This document shows, piece by piece, positions 10,638 through 21,375 of a stretch of 64,000 nucleotides of DNA (position 1 is its first letter; every line of letters starts with the position of its first letter). The stretch spans positions 32,001 through 96,000 of the forward strand of contig JBDRUX010000001.1 of NCBI GenBank assembly GCA_039801565.1. Direction: 5' to 3'. Source of the DNA: a candidate division WOR-3 bacterium (GTDB taxonomy: Bacteria > Hydrothermota > Tepidihabitantia > Tepidihabitantales > JAOUPE01). Under the pieces are notes generated by a model, which had not been told where the DNA came from, searched no databases, and saw only the letters and a list, made by a program, of their open reading frames with translations. The position numbers and the translations under genes are program-made.

Positions 10638-12983
10638 ATGGAGGATCATCAAATGAAAAGTAGAAAGCATAATTTGGCTTTTAAACCTTTTTGGCTTTGT
10701 TTAGGTATTGCGACTTTATTGTCAATTTCGAACACTTTCGGCAAAGAGATGGTTGTACGCATCTATGCTAAAAATTATCAGGAACTGAAAGACCGAATTC
10801 AATTCAAAGGCACAAATATTGAGATTGCGGGCGCCCGACCAAACGAATGGTACGATTTAATCGTCACTTCCGAAGATTATCCTTTAGTTCAAAATTGCGG
10901 TCTAAAATCGGAAATTATCCTCGAAGATTTAGCACAAGCCAAAGAACAAGCTCTGGCTGAAGGACAATACCACAGTTATGACGAGATTAATCAGATTCTA
11001 AGGAATATGGCAACCCAATATCCGAATATCTGTAAACTTGAGAGTTTAGGACTGACCTATGAGGGTCGGCAGATTTATGGCGTCAAAATTTCTGACTCAC
11101 CAGAGATTGATGACCCAACTGAGCCGGATGTCCTTTTTATTGGTTGTCATCACGCCCGCGAATGGGCATCGGTCGAAGTACCCAGGCATATTGCTGATAG
11201 TCTTACCCGCGCTTATAGTTCAAGCCCGGCAATACAGGATTTAGTGAACAATCACGAGATTTGGATTTTCCCGATAATCAATGTTGATGGTTATGTTTAC
11301 GACTATCCAGCCCAGCGCAGTTGGCGGAAGAATCGTCAGCCATTCGGCACCGCGGTGGGCACTGACCCGAATCGTAATTATAATGGTGCTTGTAATGGCG
11401 ATGCGATGGGCGATTGGGGCGCACTAACCGAAGGTTCCCAATCCACCCATTATCCATCTTCTGCTACCTTTATGGGTCCTTATGGTTTTTCGGCTTATGA
11501 GATTAAAAATTTAACCGACTTCTTTAAAACCCATGAATTCAATGCGGTGCTTTCTTTCCATTCTTATTCGGAACTGGTGCTTTGGCCCTGGGGGTATACC
11601 AATGCAACAACACCGGACAATACAATTTTAGTTCGAGTTGGTCAACGGATGGCGGGTTTGATGGAACGGTTAGGTGGTGGCTACTATACTCCTCAGCAAT
11701 CAATTGAACTCTATCCAACCGCCGGTGGTTCAGATGACTGGATGTATGGCTATAGCCATTGGGTTTCAGGCAATCCTTGTATCTCTTATACGATTGAACT
11801 TGGCACACAATTCTATCAATCCGCATCGCAACTCGACCATATCCAACTTCAAGCCTTTAAGGCTGCCGTTTGTATTACTAACTTCTCGGATAGTGTTCGA
11901 TTACTAATGAAAAGTATTGTGCCGCCGCCAATCCTTGCTCCATTGGACTCCAGTGTTACGGGCGATTTTACACTCCATTGGTCCCCAATCCGTCCTTATG
12001 CAAACCAACCCGAACAATGGGAAATTGAAGAATTGACAAGCTATTCTCTTATCGAAGACAATCTTGAAGGCACTACCGAACGATGGACTTTGGGTGGTTT
12101 TACTTTAAGCACTACCCAGTCCCATTCTGCCAGCCATAGTTTTTTCTCTGGCTCAGCCCATAATATTTCTAACTATGTCCGTACTACCTACCCTTATATC
12201 GTTCAGCCGAATGACTCTTTAACCTTCTGGTGTTGGTACGATTTGGAAAATAATTATGATGTGGCGGTAGTAGAAATATCGCCCAACTTAAAAGAATGGA
12301 CTCAACTTGACAATCGCTACACTGGCAATTCTGGTGGCTGGGTGAGGAAGGCTTACTCCTTAGAAAATTGGGTTGGTAAATCCATCTACATCCGTTTTCG
12401 GTGTATGACCGACGATGGCGTCTTACGCAATGGATTCTATGTGGATGACATATACCCGGTCCCTTATTTCAATCAAGCCCGGGTGGTTGCTTCAAATATA
12501 GCTGACACTTTTTATAATATAACCGGTCAACCAGTTGGCCAATATTGGTATCGGGTTCGAGGTTATAATACTGCTTGGGGTTGGGGTGATTACAGCACCT
12601 TAGAAGATATCGCTGTTATCGGAACCGGAACCCAGAAGGCGGAAAGCAAAATACGGAACGGGGAATGCGAAATGTGGCTTCGCTTCCAACCAAACCCCTG
12701 CAGAGATCAAGTTCGCATTACTTACTCAGTGCCAAAAGGAGAGAAACCGCTTTTGCAGATTTACGATGCATTGGGTAGACCGGTAAAATCATTTAACATC
12801 ACACCCTCGGAATTTAACTCTGGAGAAATCGTTTGGGCTAAGGATGATGATTTGGGCAGACCGCTAAGTTCAGGCATTTACTTCATAGCCTTATCTTATG
12901 CTACCTCAAAAGAATCGCACGTTAAATCGAAATGTTTGCACCAGATAAACGGCAGGCTAATTAAAAAAATAATTGTTCAATAA
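10638..12983 (+). CDS. Secreted M14 zinc carboxypeptidase with beta-sandwich and FlgD/T9SS-like C-terminal domain
   Basis: HHAREW, WRKNR, DPNRNY, FHSYSELVLWPWG, YTIELG; C-terminal PNP...IYDALGR...W...SGIYF. Real start is probably ATG 10652 after GGAGGA. Confidence 0.9.
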   Translation: MEDHQMKSRKHNLAFKPFWLCLGIATLLSISNTFGKEMVVRIYAKNYQELKDRIQFKGTNIEIAGARPNEWYDLIVTSEDYPLVQNCGLKSEIILEDLAQAKEQALAEGQYHSYDEINQILRNMATQYPNICKLESLGLTYEGRQIYGVKISDSPEIDDPTEPDVLFIGCHHAREWASVEVPRHIADSLTRAYSSSPAIQDLVNNHEIWIFPIINVDGYVYDYPAQRSWRKNRQPFGTAVGTDPNRNYNGACNGDAMGDWGALTEGSQSTHYPSSATFMGPYGFSAYEIKNLTDFFKTHEFNAVLSFHSYSELVLWPWGYTNATTPDNTILVRVGQRMAGLMERLGGGYYTPQQSIELYPTAGGSDDWMYGYSHWVSGNPCISYTIELGTQFYQSASQLDHIQLQAFKAAVCITNFSDSVRLLMKSIVPPPILAPLDSSVTGDFTLHWSPIRPYANQPEQWEIEELTSYSLIEDNLEGTTERWTLGGFTLSTTQSHSASHSFFSGSAHNISNYVRTTYPYIVQPNDSLTFWCWYDLENNYDVAVVEISPNLKEWTQLDNRYTGNSGGWVRKAYSLENWVGKSIYIRFRCMTDDGVLRNGFYVDDIYPVPYFNQARVVASNIADTFYNITGQPVGQYWYRVRGYNTAWGWGDYSTLEDIAVIGTGTQKAESKIRNGECEMWLRFQPNPCRDQVRITYSVPKGEKPLLQIYDALGRPVKSFNITPSEFNSGEIVWAKDDDLGRPLSSGIYFIALSYATSKESHVKSKCLHQINGRLIKKIIVQ

Positions 12984-13188
12984 TTGTTATGCGTTAAACT
13001 TTTATCTCAACTCAGACCGTAGCGTTAGGACTTGCTCCAACAATACACTGCTTCATTTTTGGGGAAGTGTTTGAATTATCTCCGGGTAAATTTAGGAAAA
13101 ACTACTTAACTTGCGATTCTAAATGAGCGCTCTAACTAAATCGTCCCCTAATTAAATTAAAACCTATCTTCGAACCAATCTTGTCGAA

Positions 13189-13563
13189 TTAACCCGTCTC
13201 CGAATCGGATTTGGGCGGTGTTGACAGTTGTCCCATCATCTTTTCATACTTTTGTTTAAAATCAATCGCAGTCGGTTCTTTAAAAAATTCGACTAAGAAG
13301 TACCACCGACTCGAAGCAAATCAAGAATTGTTCGCAAAACGAGATTTTGGATAAATCCATTTTATAGGCGGGCAATAAAACTCCGTCCATGCTTTGATTT
13401 TAATCCTAACCAAGCAGCAACTTCCAGTTGGGTCAAATCAATCTTTTTTTCGTAATGCTTTAAGCTATCCGAATCAGATTTTGAAAGAAAAGAGAAACCC
13501 GGAACTTGTTTCAGGGTCGCCTGCGTCGAACTTTTCTGCCATTTCTTGAGAAAAAACCGGTAT
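13189..13563 (-). pseudogene. Decayed XRE-family HTH regulator
   Basis: Manual translation across stops and frameshifts: PVFSQEMAEKF...LKALRKK/IDLTQLEVAAWLGLKSKHGRSFIARL*NGFIQNLVLRTILDLLRVGGTS*/FFKEPTAIDFKQKYEKMMGQL; parallels 33355..33695. Confidence 0.7.
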
Positions 13564-13572
13564 CGGCAAAAC

Positions 13573-13875
13573 GTTAGCTAAAACTAACACAAAAATCAAG
13601 CCAAAATTTCTTTTAAGTATATGATATTTAAGATGTTATATATAATTTGTCTTTGGGTGGGGGTATGGTATAGGGGGTAGCCCCGTAGGCTGCCTCCTGA
13701 GCTAACCCGCAGGTTGCCCGGAAAGTTGCTTCGGAAGTTACTTTTGGAGCTGGTTGGCAGGTAGGCTCAGGAGTGACTTCGTAGGCGACCTCGGAAGCAA
13801 CCCAGTAGGCAACTTGGAAAGCAACCTGGAAGGCAACCTGGTCGTTAGCTCCGCAGGCTACCTGAGAAACGACCC
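13573..13875 (+). repeat. Dispersed element copy 1: GTTAG-N6-CTAAC palindrome, AT-rich spacer, GGGGGTATGG, then a degenerate 12-bp tandem array
   Basis: Units such as ccgtaggctgcc, ccgcaggttgcc, tcggaagttact, tcgtaggcgacc, tcggaagcaacc, cagtaggcaact, tggaaggcaacc; colinear with 56155..56455. Confidence 0.85.
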
Positions 13876-13990
13876 TCTATACTGCCTCGCTGTTTCACCA
13901 ATCTTAATTCCTGTGTCTTGATCACCGATTTTAAGGATATAAAAATAGTTCAAAATGTTCAAATAGTTTAACTGAGCGAGCAGTAAATCT

Positions 13991-14204
13991 TGAAATGTTT
14001 CCCAGAAAGTGAAAAACATTGACAACGCTTTAAGTAGGGTTATTGCTCATTAGAAAGAAAGGAAAGAAAATAACATTAGACAAACCTTGGAGTGCAAAAG
14101 CAAAATTAGAAATTGTCCTGGAAGGGTATCGCTCAGGGCAACATTGCTGCGATATGCCAACACCGAGGTATTCCCAAAAATTTTCATTTCTGAGAAACGG
14201 TACA
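13991..14204 (+). mobile_element. Internally deleted IS3-like element (MITE)
   Basis: Imperfect terminal inverted repeats TGAAATGTTTCCCAGAAAGTGAAAA / TTTTCATTTCTGAGAAACGGTACA (TG...CA); internal WSAKAKLEIVLEGYR resembles an IS3 OrfA N-terminus. Confidence 0.65.
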
Positions 14205-14281
14205 CTTTGCAATGACACTCATTTTAAGCTTGACATATTCATTAGATAATATTATAATGATGAAAATGATAAGGAGGAAAA

Positions 14282-14875
14282 ATGCATAAAAGCACAAGAC
14301 TCCTTGTTTTGGGGTTCTGCGTATTAGGTATTATGGTATGGAGTTGTCACCGGACCACACCGAAAGCTTTACGAATTGTTGAGATAAACAACGGACAAAT
14401 ACTTACTGCTGATACACAAGATGAATGGACAACCGGTTCGGGCGAAGAGTTAGAAGAACATTCGGAAACACCAAGTTATAGTGTTGAAGTTGAAGTATCT
14501 TACACCGAAAGAGGAACTGGTTTGCCCACCTACCCTACTGCTTACACTGCAGAGATTACTGATTATACAGTTACCTTTAAAGATATAACTCCTGGTGCTA
14601 CTCCTGGGGAATTCGCACCCGCTCCAGTCAAAGGGGTGTGTTATTTCGTTGTTCCCTCTGACCCTGCAGGCAAAAAGACAGTTAAACAATCAATTCTTGT
14701 TCTTCCAGCAGCTTGGATTGATCAATACCCAGAATTGGAGGATGGGAAAGTATTAAATGCGAAAATTACGCTACGGGGTAAAGATATAATTTCCAATTTG
14801 GATGTTACGGGTGAGGGTATTCTGACAATTAATATTGCTAACTTCGAAGACGACCCCAACAAACGAGGCGAATAG
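14282..14875 (+). CDS. Hypothetical lipoprotein
   Basis: AAGGAGG RBS, signal peptide ending VWSC; upstream TTGACA...TATAAT. Confidence 0.75.
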   Translation: MHKSTRLLVLGFCVLGIMVWSCHRTTPKALRIVEINNGQILTADTQDEWTTGSGEELEEHSETPSYSVEVEVSYTERGTGLPTYPTAYTAEITDYTVTFKDITPGATPGEFAPAPVKGVCYFVVPSDPAGKKTVKQSILVLPAAWIDQYPELEDGKVLNAKITLRGKDIISNLDVTGEGILTINIANFEDDPNKRGE

Positions 14876-15077
14876 GGTTAAATAACTTGCTCAATTACAA
14901 CCAAACTTGATTTGAGTAAAGAGCAATTTGCAATGCTAGCCAGGATTTAACCTCTTTAATCTTGTAGCTACTAAGGACAAAATAATAAAACCAAAAAGAA
15001 AGGAGGGAAGCGATTAAAAACCATAACTTACAATACACAAAAGCGATGCATTATCAAGAAAGCAAAAGGAGGCTTTT

Positions 15078-17021
15078 ATGAAGCGACCGAAGTTCTTGGT
15101 TTTAGCCCTTACAGTTTGGGCAATACCTTCGATAATATTTGGGCTACCATCATTAGCCGGAAATCGAGGTTTATTCCGAGTTAACGATGCTCGGGTCGAA
15201 GGCGCTGGACTACTTACTTTTTCGGTTCATGGAATCGCAAGCTGGGAAGGCAGCCTTTCGGATAATCTCTATGGTGACTTAGTCGCCTCACTTGGCTATG
15301 CTCCGGTTAACTTTTTAGAATTCTATGTTTGGTCGGGTGGAATTATGCAGATTGTGAAAGATGTTACAACTGGTGAACCTAAAGCCGATTTCGGATTTAA
15401 CGATAAGGTCTTTGGTGGTAAGTTATCAATCCCTTGGATTCCGGTTTTGAAATTGGGTGCAACTGGTTATTACACAGTTGAAAGCGATATGGGCTTTGTC
15501 CACCCACTTTATCCAATAGCCGAAGAATTCGGCTGGAAAGGATTGGCTACTCTTCAATTGAACGAATTCTTACCATCGGCCCCAAACTTTTACTTCAATT
15601 ATGGGGAAACTAAATACCAAGATATTGCGATTAAATCAATGGGAATGGGATTAGAACTCGAGGCAAAAAATATAAGTTTTATCCTCGAAGCGACCTCTAA
15701 TAATGACTATTTTTATTATCCCGAGTCATCACTATTAAGCAAAGGTGCTTATATTAGACTCACGCCGGGATTACGTTTTAAGGTTGGTGGCTTTGGGGTT
15801 GATTTGGGCTTGAGCCTTGGTTTAACTCCACCGGCACCGGATTACGAGGTATTATTTGGTTTTAACCTGGCGACTCCTTTCTTACAACCACCAAAAGCCG
15901 CGGTCGGTACAATTGCTGGCAAGGTTATTGATTCCCGCACCGGTGAACCACTCGAAGCAACAATCAATTTCCCCGACCTGCCAAAATTAACACCACTCAC
16001 ATCTAATCCTAATACTGGTGTCTTTACTGCTGAGAAGATACCAGCCGGAGTGGTAGTAGTAGAAGTAACTAAAGAAGGTTACCTTAAAGAAGTAGTTCCC
16101 CTTACGGTAAAAGCAGATGGTATAACGAGTTACGAATTTAAATTAAAACCACTCATCACCTACGGTGTTATCGCCGGTAGGGTTTATGATGTAACCAATA
16201 ATCGTCCACTCCAAGCACTCATTTCTTTCCCCGGCACCAACATCCCGTCAGCAAGTTCCGATTCAGCCACTGGTTCGTTCCGTGTTGACAATATTCCGGT
16301 GGGGATTATTACCATTCAAGCGGAAAAAGATGGTTATTTTAAAAACGCCCAAACGATTCAAATCGAAGAAGGTAAAGTTACTTCGGTCGATTTAGCAATG
16401 GCACCGTCAGCATTTATGGCAACCTTAACTGGTAAAGTAGCTGATAAAAAGACTGCAAAGCCCCTTCAAGCAATAATCTCATTCCCGGGCACTGGAATTG
16501 CTGATATAACCACCGATAGTCTAACTGGAATTTATCAAGTCCAATTGCCAGTTGGTTCGCATCCCGTTGAAGTTAAAGCTGAAGGTTATATAACGCAGAC
16601 TGCCGTTGTAATTTTAGAAAAGGATAAGATTACTGAAAAGAATTTTGACTTAGTGCAAAAGGGGATGGTAATTACCCTTAAAGGTATCTATTTTGACTTT
16701 AACAAAGCGACGATTCGGCCAGAATCTTATCCAGTTCTTGATGATGCTGCCAAGATTCTTACTGACAATCCCAAGATTACGGTTGAAATCCAAGGTCACA
16801 CCGATTCCGAAGGTTCTGACTCTTATAATCAGAAGCTCTCCGAGCAGCGGGCTTATGCGGTAGTTGATTACCTTGTAAAGGTGAAAGGGATTGATATCAA
16901 TCGGCTAAAAGCGGTTGGTTTTGGTGAAAGCAAACCAATTGCTTCTAATGCTACAAAAGAAGGGCGTGCTTTAAATCGAAGAGTCGAGTTCGTAATCTTA
17001 GGCGAAATCGAACAGAAATAA
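15078..17021 (+). CDS. OmpA-family outer-membrane protein with carboxypeptidase-regulatory-like repeats
   Basis: Signal peptide, beta-rich N-domain, three GxIxGxVxD repeats, C-terminal IYFDF...IQGHTD...LSEQRA...NRRVE. Confidence 0.92.
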   Translation: MKRPKFLVLALTVWAIPSIIFGLPSLAGNRGLFRVNDARVEGAGLLTFSVHGIASWEGSLSDNLYGDLVASLGYAPVNFLEFYVWSGGIMQIVKDVTTGEPKADFGFNDKVFGGKLSIPWIPVLKLGATGYYTVESDMGFVHPLYPIAEEFGWKGLATLQLNEFLPSAPNFYFNYGETKYQDIAIKSMGMGLELEAKNISFILEATSNNDYFYYPESSLLSKGAYIRLTPGLRFKVGGFGVDLGLSLGLTPPAPDYEVLFGFNLATPFLQPPKAAVGTIAGKVIDSRTGEPLEATINFPDLPKLTPLTSNPNTGVFTAEKIPAGVVVVEVTKEGYLKEVVPLTVKADGITSYEFKLKPLITYGVIAGRVYDVTNNRPLQALISFPGTNIPSASSDSATGSFRVDNIPVGIITIQAEKDGYFKNAQTIQIEEGKVTSVDLAMAPSAFMATLTGKVADKKTAKPLQAIISFPGTGIADITTDSLTGIYQVQLPVGSHPVEVKAEGYITQTAVVILEKDKITEKNFDLVQKGMVITLKGIYFDFNKATIRPESYPVLDDAAKILTDNPKITVEIQGHTDSEGSDSYNQKLSEQRAYAVVDYLVKVKGIDINRLKAVGFGESKPIASNATKEGRALNRRVEFVILGEIEQK

Positions 17022-17040
17022 GTTCAACTAAATTGAATGT

Positions 17041-17070
17041 ATGGGGGCGAAACTTTGCCCCCATTTTTAT
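17041..17070 (+). terminator. Rho-independent terminator
   Basis: ATGGGGGC/GCCCCCAT stem followed by a T-run. Confidence 0.85.
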
Positions 17071-17190
17071 TTTTGAAGATTGGTTAATGAGTGTCTTTGG
17101 AGAATGCGGATTGGCTCGAATTGCTTAAAGAATTCAAGTGGCGACCCAGAAGGTTGACATTTTTTGCTGAATATAATATAATTCATTCGG

Positions 17191-18141
17191 ATGGACCAGG
17201 ATTTTGCTAATCGTTGGGAGAAATCAAATATCCAGACCCTTGGTTTAGCTGTCAAAAAGCGAATTGGCATCCCAAGGGCTTTATTGTATTTTCGGTATGG
17301 TAATTTCTGGCGACGATTTTTCCAAGAACTTGGTTTTGAGGTTGTCTTATCACCCAAAACTGATAAGACAATTCTAAAAAAAGGTTTGGATAAGGTCTCA
17401 AGCGAAGTCTGCTTACCAATCAAAGTGATTTGCGGTCATATCGAGGAGTTAATTGATAAAGTCGACTACATTTTTCTACCCCGCTTGGTAACACTTAAAG
17501 ACAATCTCTATGCCTGTCCGAAGATGATTGGAGTTGTGGACGTTGCGCTTCTGAAGTTCTCTAATTCTTGCTCAATCCTGACACCGAAGATAAAAAATGA
17601 TTTTTTCTTACCTCATTTTTTAACCGGACTTAAGCTGACCGCAAACCCGATAAAATCATTGCGGGCGTTAAAACGAGCTAAGTCAGTTTTCTCAAAAGTG
17701 AAAGCTGTTCCTGAATTTCCAACCGACAAGCCTAAGATTGCGTTAATTAGCCATTTTTATAATCTCCAAGACGATTTTATTGCCAAAGATATTATTGAGA
17801 CCTTTAAAAAGAATGGGTTTCTAATCTATACCAAAGAAGATTTGCCTGAGACAATTTTAGCTTCGGCACAAGGTTTTGCCCAAAATATTCGATGGGTTTA
17901 TGAGCGGGAACTTTATAATGCCTTTAACTATTATTTAGATAAGGTCTCGGGCATTGTGACGATTATTTCCTTTGGCTGTGGGCCGGATTCCTTAATTGCT
18001 GAACTGATGGCAGAAAAAGCGAAAGCCAGCAACAAACCATTTTTATCGTTAATCATTGATGAGCATACCGGCCGGGCTGGTTTAATTACTCGTCTGGAAG
18101 CCTTTATTGAATTAATAAAAAGACAGATTAGTTTAAATTGA
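17191..18141 (+). CDS. Acyl-CoA dehydratase activase-related protein (DUF2229-like)
   Basis: IGIPRAL, EVCLPIKVICGH, CPK, FGCGPDS, DEHTGRAGLITRLEAF; start uncertain. Confidence 0.85.
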   Translation: MDQDFANRWEKSNIQTLGLAVKKRIGIPRALLYFRYGNFWRRFFQELGFEVVLSPKTDKTILKKGLDKVSSEVCLPIKVICGHIEELIDKVDYIFLPRLVTLKDNLYACPKMIGVVDVALLKFSNSCSILTPKIKNDFFLPHFLTGLKLTANPIKSLRALKRAKSVFSKVKAVPEFPTDKPKIALISHFYNLQDDFIAKDIIETFKKNGFLIYTKEDLPETILASAQGFAQNIRWVYERELYNAFNYYLDKVSGIVTIISFGCGPDSLIAELMAEKAKASNKPFLSLIIDEHTGRAGLITRLEAFIELIKRQISLN

Positions 18142-18205
18142 AAACACTTAAGACGAATAATTACAAATGAGCAGAGATAATTTGACCCGAATCGGGTCGG
18201 AGTTT

Positions 18206-18300
18206 TTAGTTTTTGGTTTGAGGGGGAAATCCCTCAAACTCCCTGTTCTTAAAGAAAAAATCTTTTGGGGTTTCAAAGGGGCAAAGCCCCTTTGGTTGTT
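18206..18300 (+). repeat. REP-like double-hairpin repeat (copy 1 of 3)
   Basis: TTTGAGGGGGAAATCCCTCAAA...GGGGTTTCAAAGGGGCAAAGCCCCTTTGG; related copies at ~28409..28518 (+) and ~40270..40345 (-). Confidence 0.75.
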
Positions 18301-18345
18301 GGTTTTTAGTCTAACAACGAACAACCAATTACCAACGACTGATTT

Positions 18346-19425
18346 GTGATGAAAGCAACCTTTCCCTATTTTGGCTACGATACCTTAGCCTTAAAGACTT
18401 TTGTCGAGAAACTTGGCTCCGCGGTGGTCTTGCCCCCACCTACCACTAAAAAAACCCTTGAGACCGGGGTTAAGCTTTCCCCCGAATTGGTCTGTTTACC
18501 GTTCAAGATAACTTTGGGTAATTTTATTGAAGCGATTGAGCGCGGTGCGGATACCCTTTTTATGGCAGCGGGTGCCCGGAAGTGTCGTTTTGGCTATTAC
18601 CATTATTTGCAAGAAAGAATTCTCGCCGACCGGTTTACTAATTTTCGTCTCTATGCCATTAGTCAATACACGCCCTATCAATTTGTCTTTGAAAAGATAC
18701 CCCGGATTTTTTCGGTTTCGCCAACTAGGGTTCTCTATGCCTTATCAATCCTTTTTGCCAAGAGTGCCTTGGTCGAAGCCTTCCTGAATAAATTGCGGTG
18801 GCTCCGAGCCGTTGATTTTGAACAAGCCGCAAAATTTGAAAAAGAAGGTATAAAGTTAATTGAGTCAGCAAAAAGCCTATCTGCAATCCGTCAGGCAATG
18901 CTTATTATAAAGCGTTACGACTCAACTAACTCAAGAAAACCCGAAATAACTATTGGGTTGGTTGGCGAAATCTTTTTTATGATTGAACCTTTTGCCAATC
19001 AAGAGATTGAAAAAGAGTTGGGTAGGTTAGGTGCTTTGGTTTTGAGTAGGCGCAGCCTTTATCGGCATCTACGCCATCTTTTAAAGATTGATTGGGAGTT
19101 TTATTGGTCAGCAATTTTAGCCCATCGTTACTTGAAAGATTCACCCGGTGGTGAAGCGATTAAGACCGTGGGCGAAGCAGTCCGTTTTGCTCGGGCAGGC
19201 GTATCGGGTATTGTACATATCTACCCATTCACCTGTATGCCGGAAAATATTGCCTTGGCTGCCTTGGAGAAAATCGGCGAAGATTACGATCTACCCATCC
19301 TGTCTTTGTCCTTTGATGAACATACTGCTAAGACCGGACTTTTAACCAGACTGGAAGCCTTCGTTGACTTAATTAAAAGACGGTCCAATTCGAAATTCAA
19401 AATTCGAAATTCAAAATTCTTATGA
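18346..19425 (+). CDS. 2-hydroxyacyl-CoA dehydratase/activase-associated protein
   Basis: SPELVCLPFKITLG, CRFGYY, IGLVGEIF, PFTCMPE, DEHT..GLLTRLEAF. Confidence 0.82.
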   Translation: MMKATFPYFGYDTLALKTFVEKLGSAVVLPPPTTKKTLETGVKLSPELVCLPFKITLGNFIEAIERGADTLFMAAGARKCRFGYYHYLQERILADRFTNFRLYAISQYTPYQFVFEKIPRIFSVSPTRVLYALSILFAKSALVEAFLNKLRWLRAVDFEQAAKFEKEGIKLIESAKSLSAIRQAMLIIKRYDSTNSRKPEITIGLVGEIFFMIEPFANQEIEKELGRLGALVLSRRSLYRHLRHLLKIDWEFYWSAILAHRYLKDSPGGEAIKTVGEAVRFARAGVSGIVHIYPFTCMPENIALAALEKIGEDYDLPILSLSFDEHTAKTGLLTRLEAFVDLIKRRSNSKFKIRNSKFL

Positions 19426-20372
19426 TTGGTTATCTTGGGGTTGATGTTGGGTCAATCTCAACCAAAGGGGTTATTATTGACCAGGAGTATAAGGTAATTG
19501 CTAATACTTATCTGCGCACTCAAGGGAGACCAATTGAGGCAATAAAAGAACTCTTGAACTCCTTAGCCCGACAAGTAGACAATAAAATAAAAATTGCTGG
19601 TGCTGGCACAACTGGTTCAGCCCGAAGATTAGCTGGAGTGATGCTCCAAGCCGATATAGTGAAAAATGAGATAATTGCCCATGCGGTTGCTGCCAGCCAC
19701 TTTTATCCACAAGCGAGAACGGTAATTGAGATTGGTGGCCAAGACTCTAAGATTATTATCTTAAGGGATGGCATCCCAGTAGACTTTGCAATGAATACGG
19801 TTTGTGCTGCCGGCACTGGTTCATTTTTAGACCATCAGGCAACCCGGTTAGGAATTCCCATTGAAGAATTTGGCAAAAAGGCGTTGCAAGCAAAGAATCG
19901 CGTGAACATTGCCGGTCGGTGCACGGTTTTTGCTGAGAGCGATATGATTCATAAGGCGCAATTAGGGATTGCCACCGAAGACATTATTAGTGGACTATGC
20001 GATGCAATTGTTCGGAATTATATGAATGCGGTAGCAAAAGGAAAAGAGATTAAGCCGTTAATTCTCTTTCAGGGCGGGGTAGCGGCAAATATTGGGGTGC
20101 GCAAGGCATTTGAACGGGCATTGGAACAAGAAATAATTGTTCCAAAACATTTTTTAGTGATGGGTGCAATTGGTGCTGCAATCCTTGCCCGAGAACAGAC
20201 TGAAGGAAAGGTTAGTAAGTTTGCTGGTTTTGAAATTGCAACAATACCCTTCCAAACCCGAGCCTTTGAGTGTGAGGGTTGTCCCAACCATTGTGAGGTC
20301 GTCGAGACTTTAAAAGAAGGTGTTGTCATTGACCGTTACAGCGGTCGCTGCGGCAGGTGGTCCGAAATTTAA
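19422..20372 (+). CDS. Acyl-CoA dehydratase activase (BadF/BadG/BcrA/BcrD ATPase)
   Basis: LGVDVGSISTK, IEIGGQDSK, MNTVCAAGTGSFL, RCTVFAESD, QGGVAAN. Confidence 0.93.
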   Translation: MIGYLGVDVGSISTKGVIIDQEYKVIANTYLRTQGRPIEAIKELLNSLARQVDNKIKIAGAGTTGSARRLAGVMLQADIVKNEIIAHAVAASHFYPQARTVIEIGGQDSKIIILRDGIPVDFAMNTVCAAGTGSFLDHQATRLGIPIEEFGKKALQAKNRVNIAGRCTVFAESDMIHKAQLGIATEDIISGLCDAIVRNYMNAVAKGKEIKPLILFQGGVAANIGVRKAFERALEQEIIVPKHFLVMGAIGAAILAREQTEGKVSKFAGFEIATIPFQTRAFECEGCPNHCEVVETLKEGVVIDRYSGRCGRWSEI

Positions 20373-20382
20373 ACTCTGAAAG

Positions 20383-21288
20383 GTGAGAATTATCGAAAAT
20401 TTTAAAGATGATTTATCCAAAACCGTTGAGGATTTAAAACGATTTATTAAGACCGAAGTCGAAAGACAAAATAAAGATGGCGTTGTGATTGGAATATCAG
20501 GTGGCATTGATTCAGCAGTCTGTGCTTATTTAGCCGTAAATGCCTTAGGTAAAAATCAGGTATTGGGATTAATCTTACCGGAAAGGGATACTAATCCCCC
20601 AAGTCTCGAAGACGCGCTCTTGGTATGCCAAGCATTAGCAATTGATTATAAAAAGATTGATATGACAAAGGTATTAACTAAAATTGGTATTTATCGTTTA
20701 GTCTCGGCTTTAGGGGGATTGGTGCCATATCGCATAAAGGCAAACTATGCCAGGAAGCGGTTGCAAAAGTTACAAGAATTGACCGGAGGCAATGCCTATC
20801 AACAAAATCTTTTAGGATTTAAACAACCCGAATTACGCAAAGCAACTGCTTATTATCGGGCTAAAAATCGTTTAAGATTGCTTTATCTTTATTATTATGC
20901 TGAACTAAAAAACTTATTAGTCGTCGGCACGACAAATCGCACCGAATATCTAATTGGTTTCTTTGTCAAATATGGCGATGGCGCAGCCGATATAATGCCT
21001 TTGCTAAATCTCTACAAAACGCAAGTTTGGGAATTGGCAAAATTTTTGAGTGTGCCAAAAAGAATTATTGAAAAAGTCCCATCTCCGGATTTAATTCCTG
21101 GGCTAAATGATGAAGAAATAATTGGTCTTAATTATTTGGAATTGGATTTAATTTTATTGGGCTATGATTCTGGTCAGAGTTCGGAAGCGATAAATAAATC
21201 TACCGGAGTACCTATAGAAAAAGTAGAATATGTCTTAAAACTTATTCGAAACTCGGAATCGTTCCGCCAACATAATTTACATCCATAA
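20383..21288 (+). CDS. nadE: NH3-dependent NAD+ synthetase
   Basis: GISGGIDS, GTTNRTE, GFFVKYGDG, LYKTQV, PSPDL. Confidence 0.93.
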   Translation: MRIIENFKDDLSKTVEDLKRFIKTEVERQNKDGVVIGISGGIDSAVCAYLAVNALGKNQVLGLILPERDTNPPSLEDALLVCQALAIDYKKIDMTKVLTKIGIYRLVSALGGLVPYRIKANYARKRLQKLQELTGGNAYQQNLLGFKQPELRKATAYYRAKNRLRLLYLYYYAELKNLLVVGTTNRTEYLIGFFVKYGDGAADIMPLLNLYKTQVWELAKFLSVPKRIIEKVPSPDLIPGLNDEEIIGLNYLELDLILLGYDSGQSSEAINKSTGVPIEKVEYVLKLIRNSESFRQHNLHP

Positions 21289-21291
21289 AAG

Positions 21292-21316
21292 AAAAAGGCG
21301 GTCAAAAGACCGCCTT
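21292..21316. terminator. Terminator between convergent nadE and peptidase genes
   Basis: AAGGCGGTC-AAAA-GACCGCCTT hairpin with an A-run on the left and a T-rich tract on the right. Confidence 0.8.
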
Positions 21317-21375
21317 CAGTTTTATTTTATTCATTAGAGTTTACATAAGGTAGCAGTCCGACAAGAAATAATGAG

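Noticed and set aside
13655..13875. G-rich 12-bp arrays as CRISPR arrays
   Set aside because: Units are contiguous and degenerate with no repeat-spacer alternation; no cas genes in the window.
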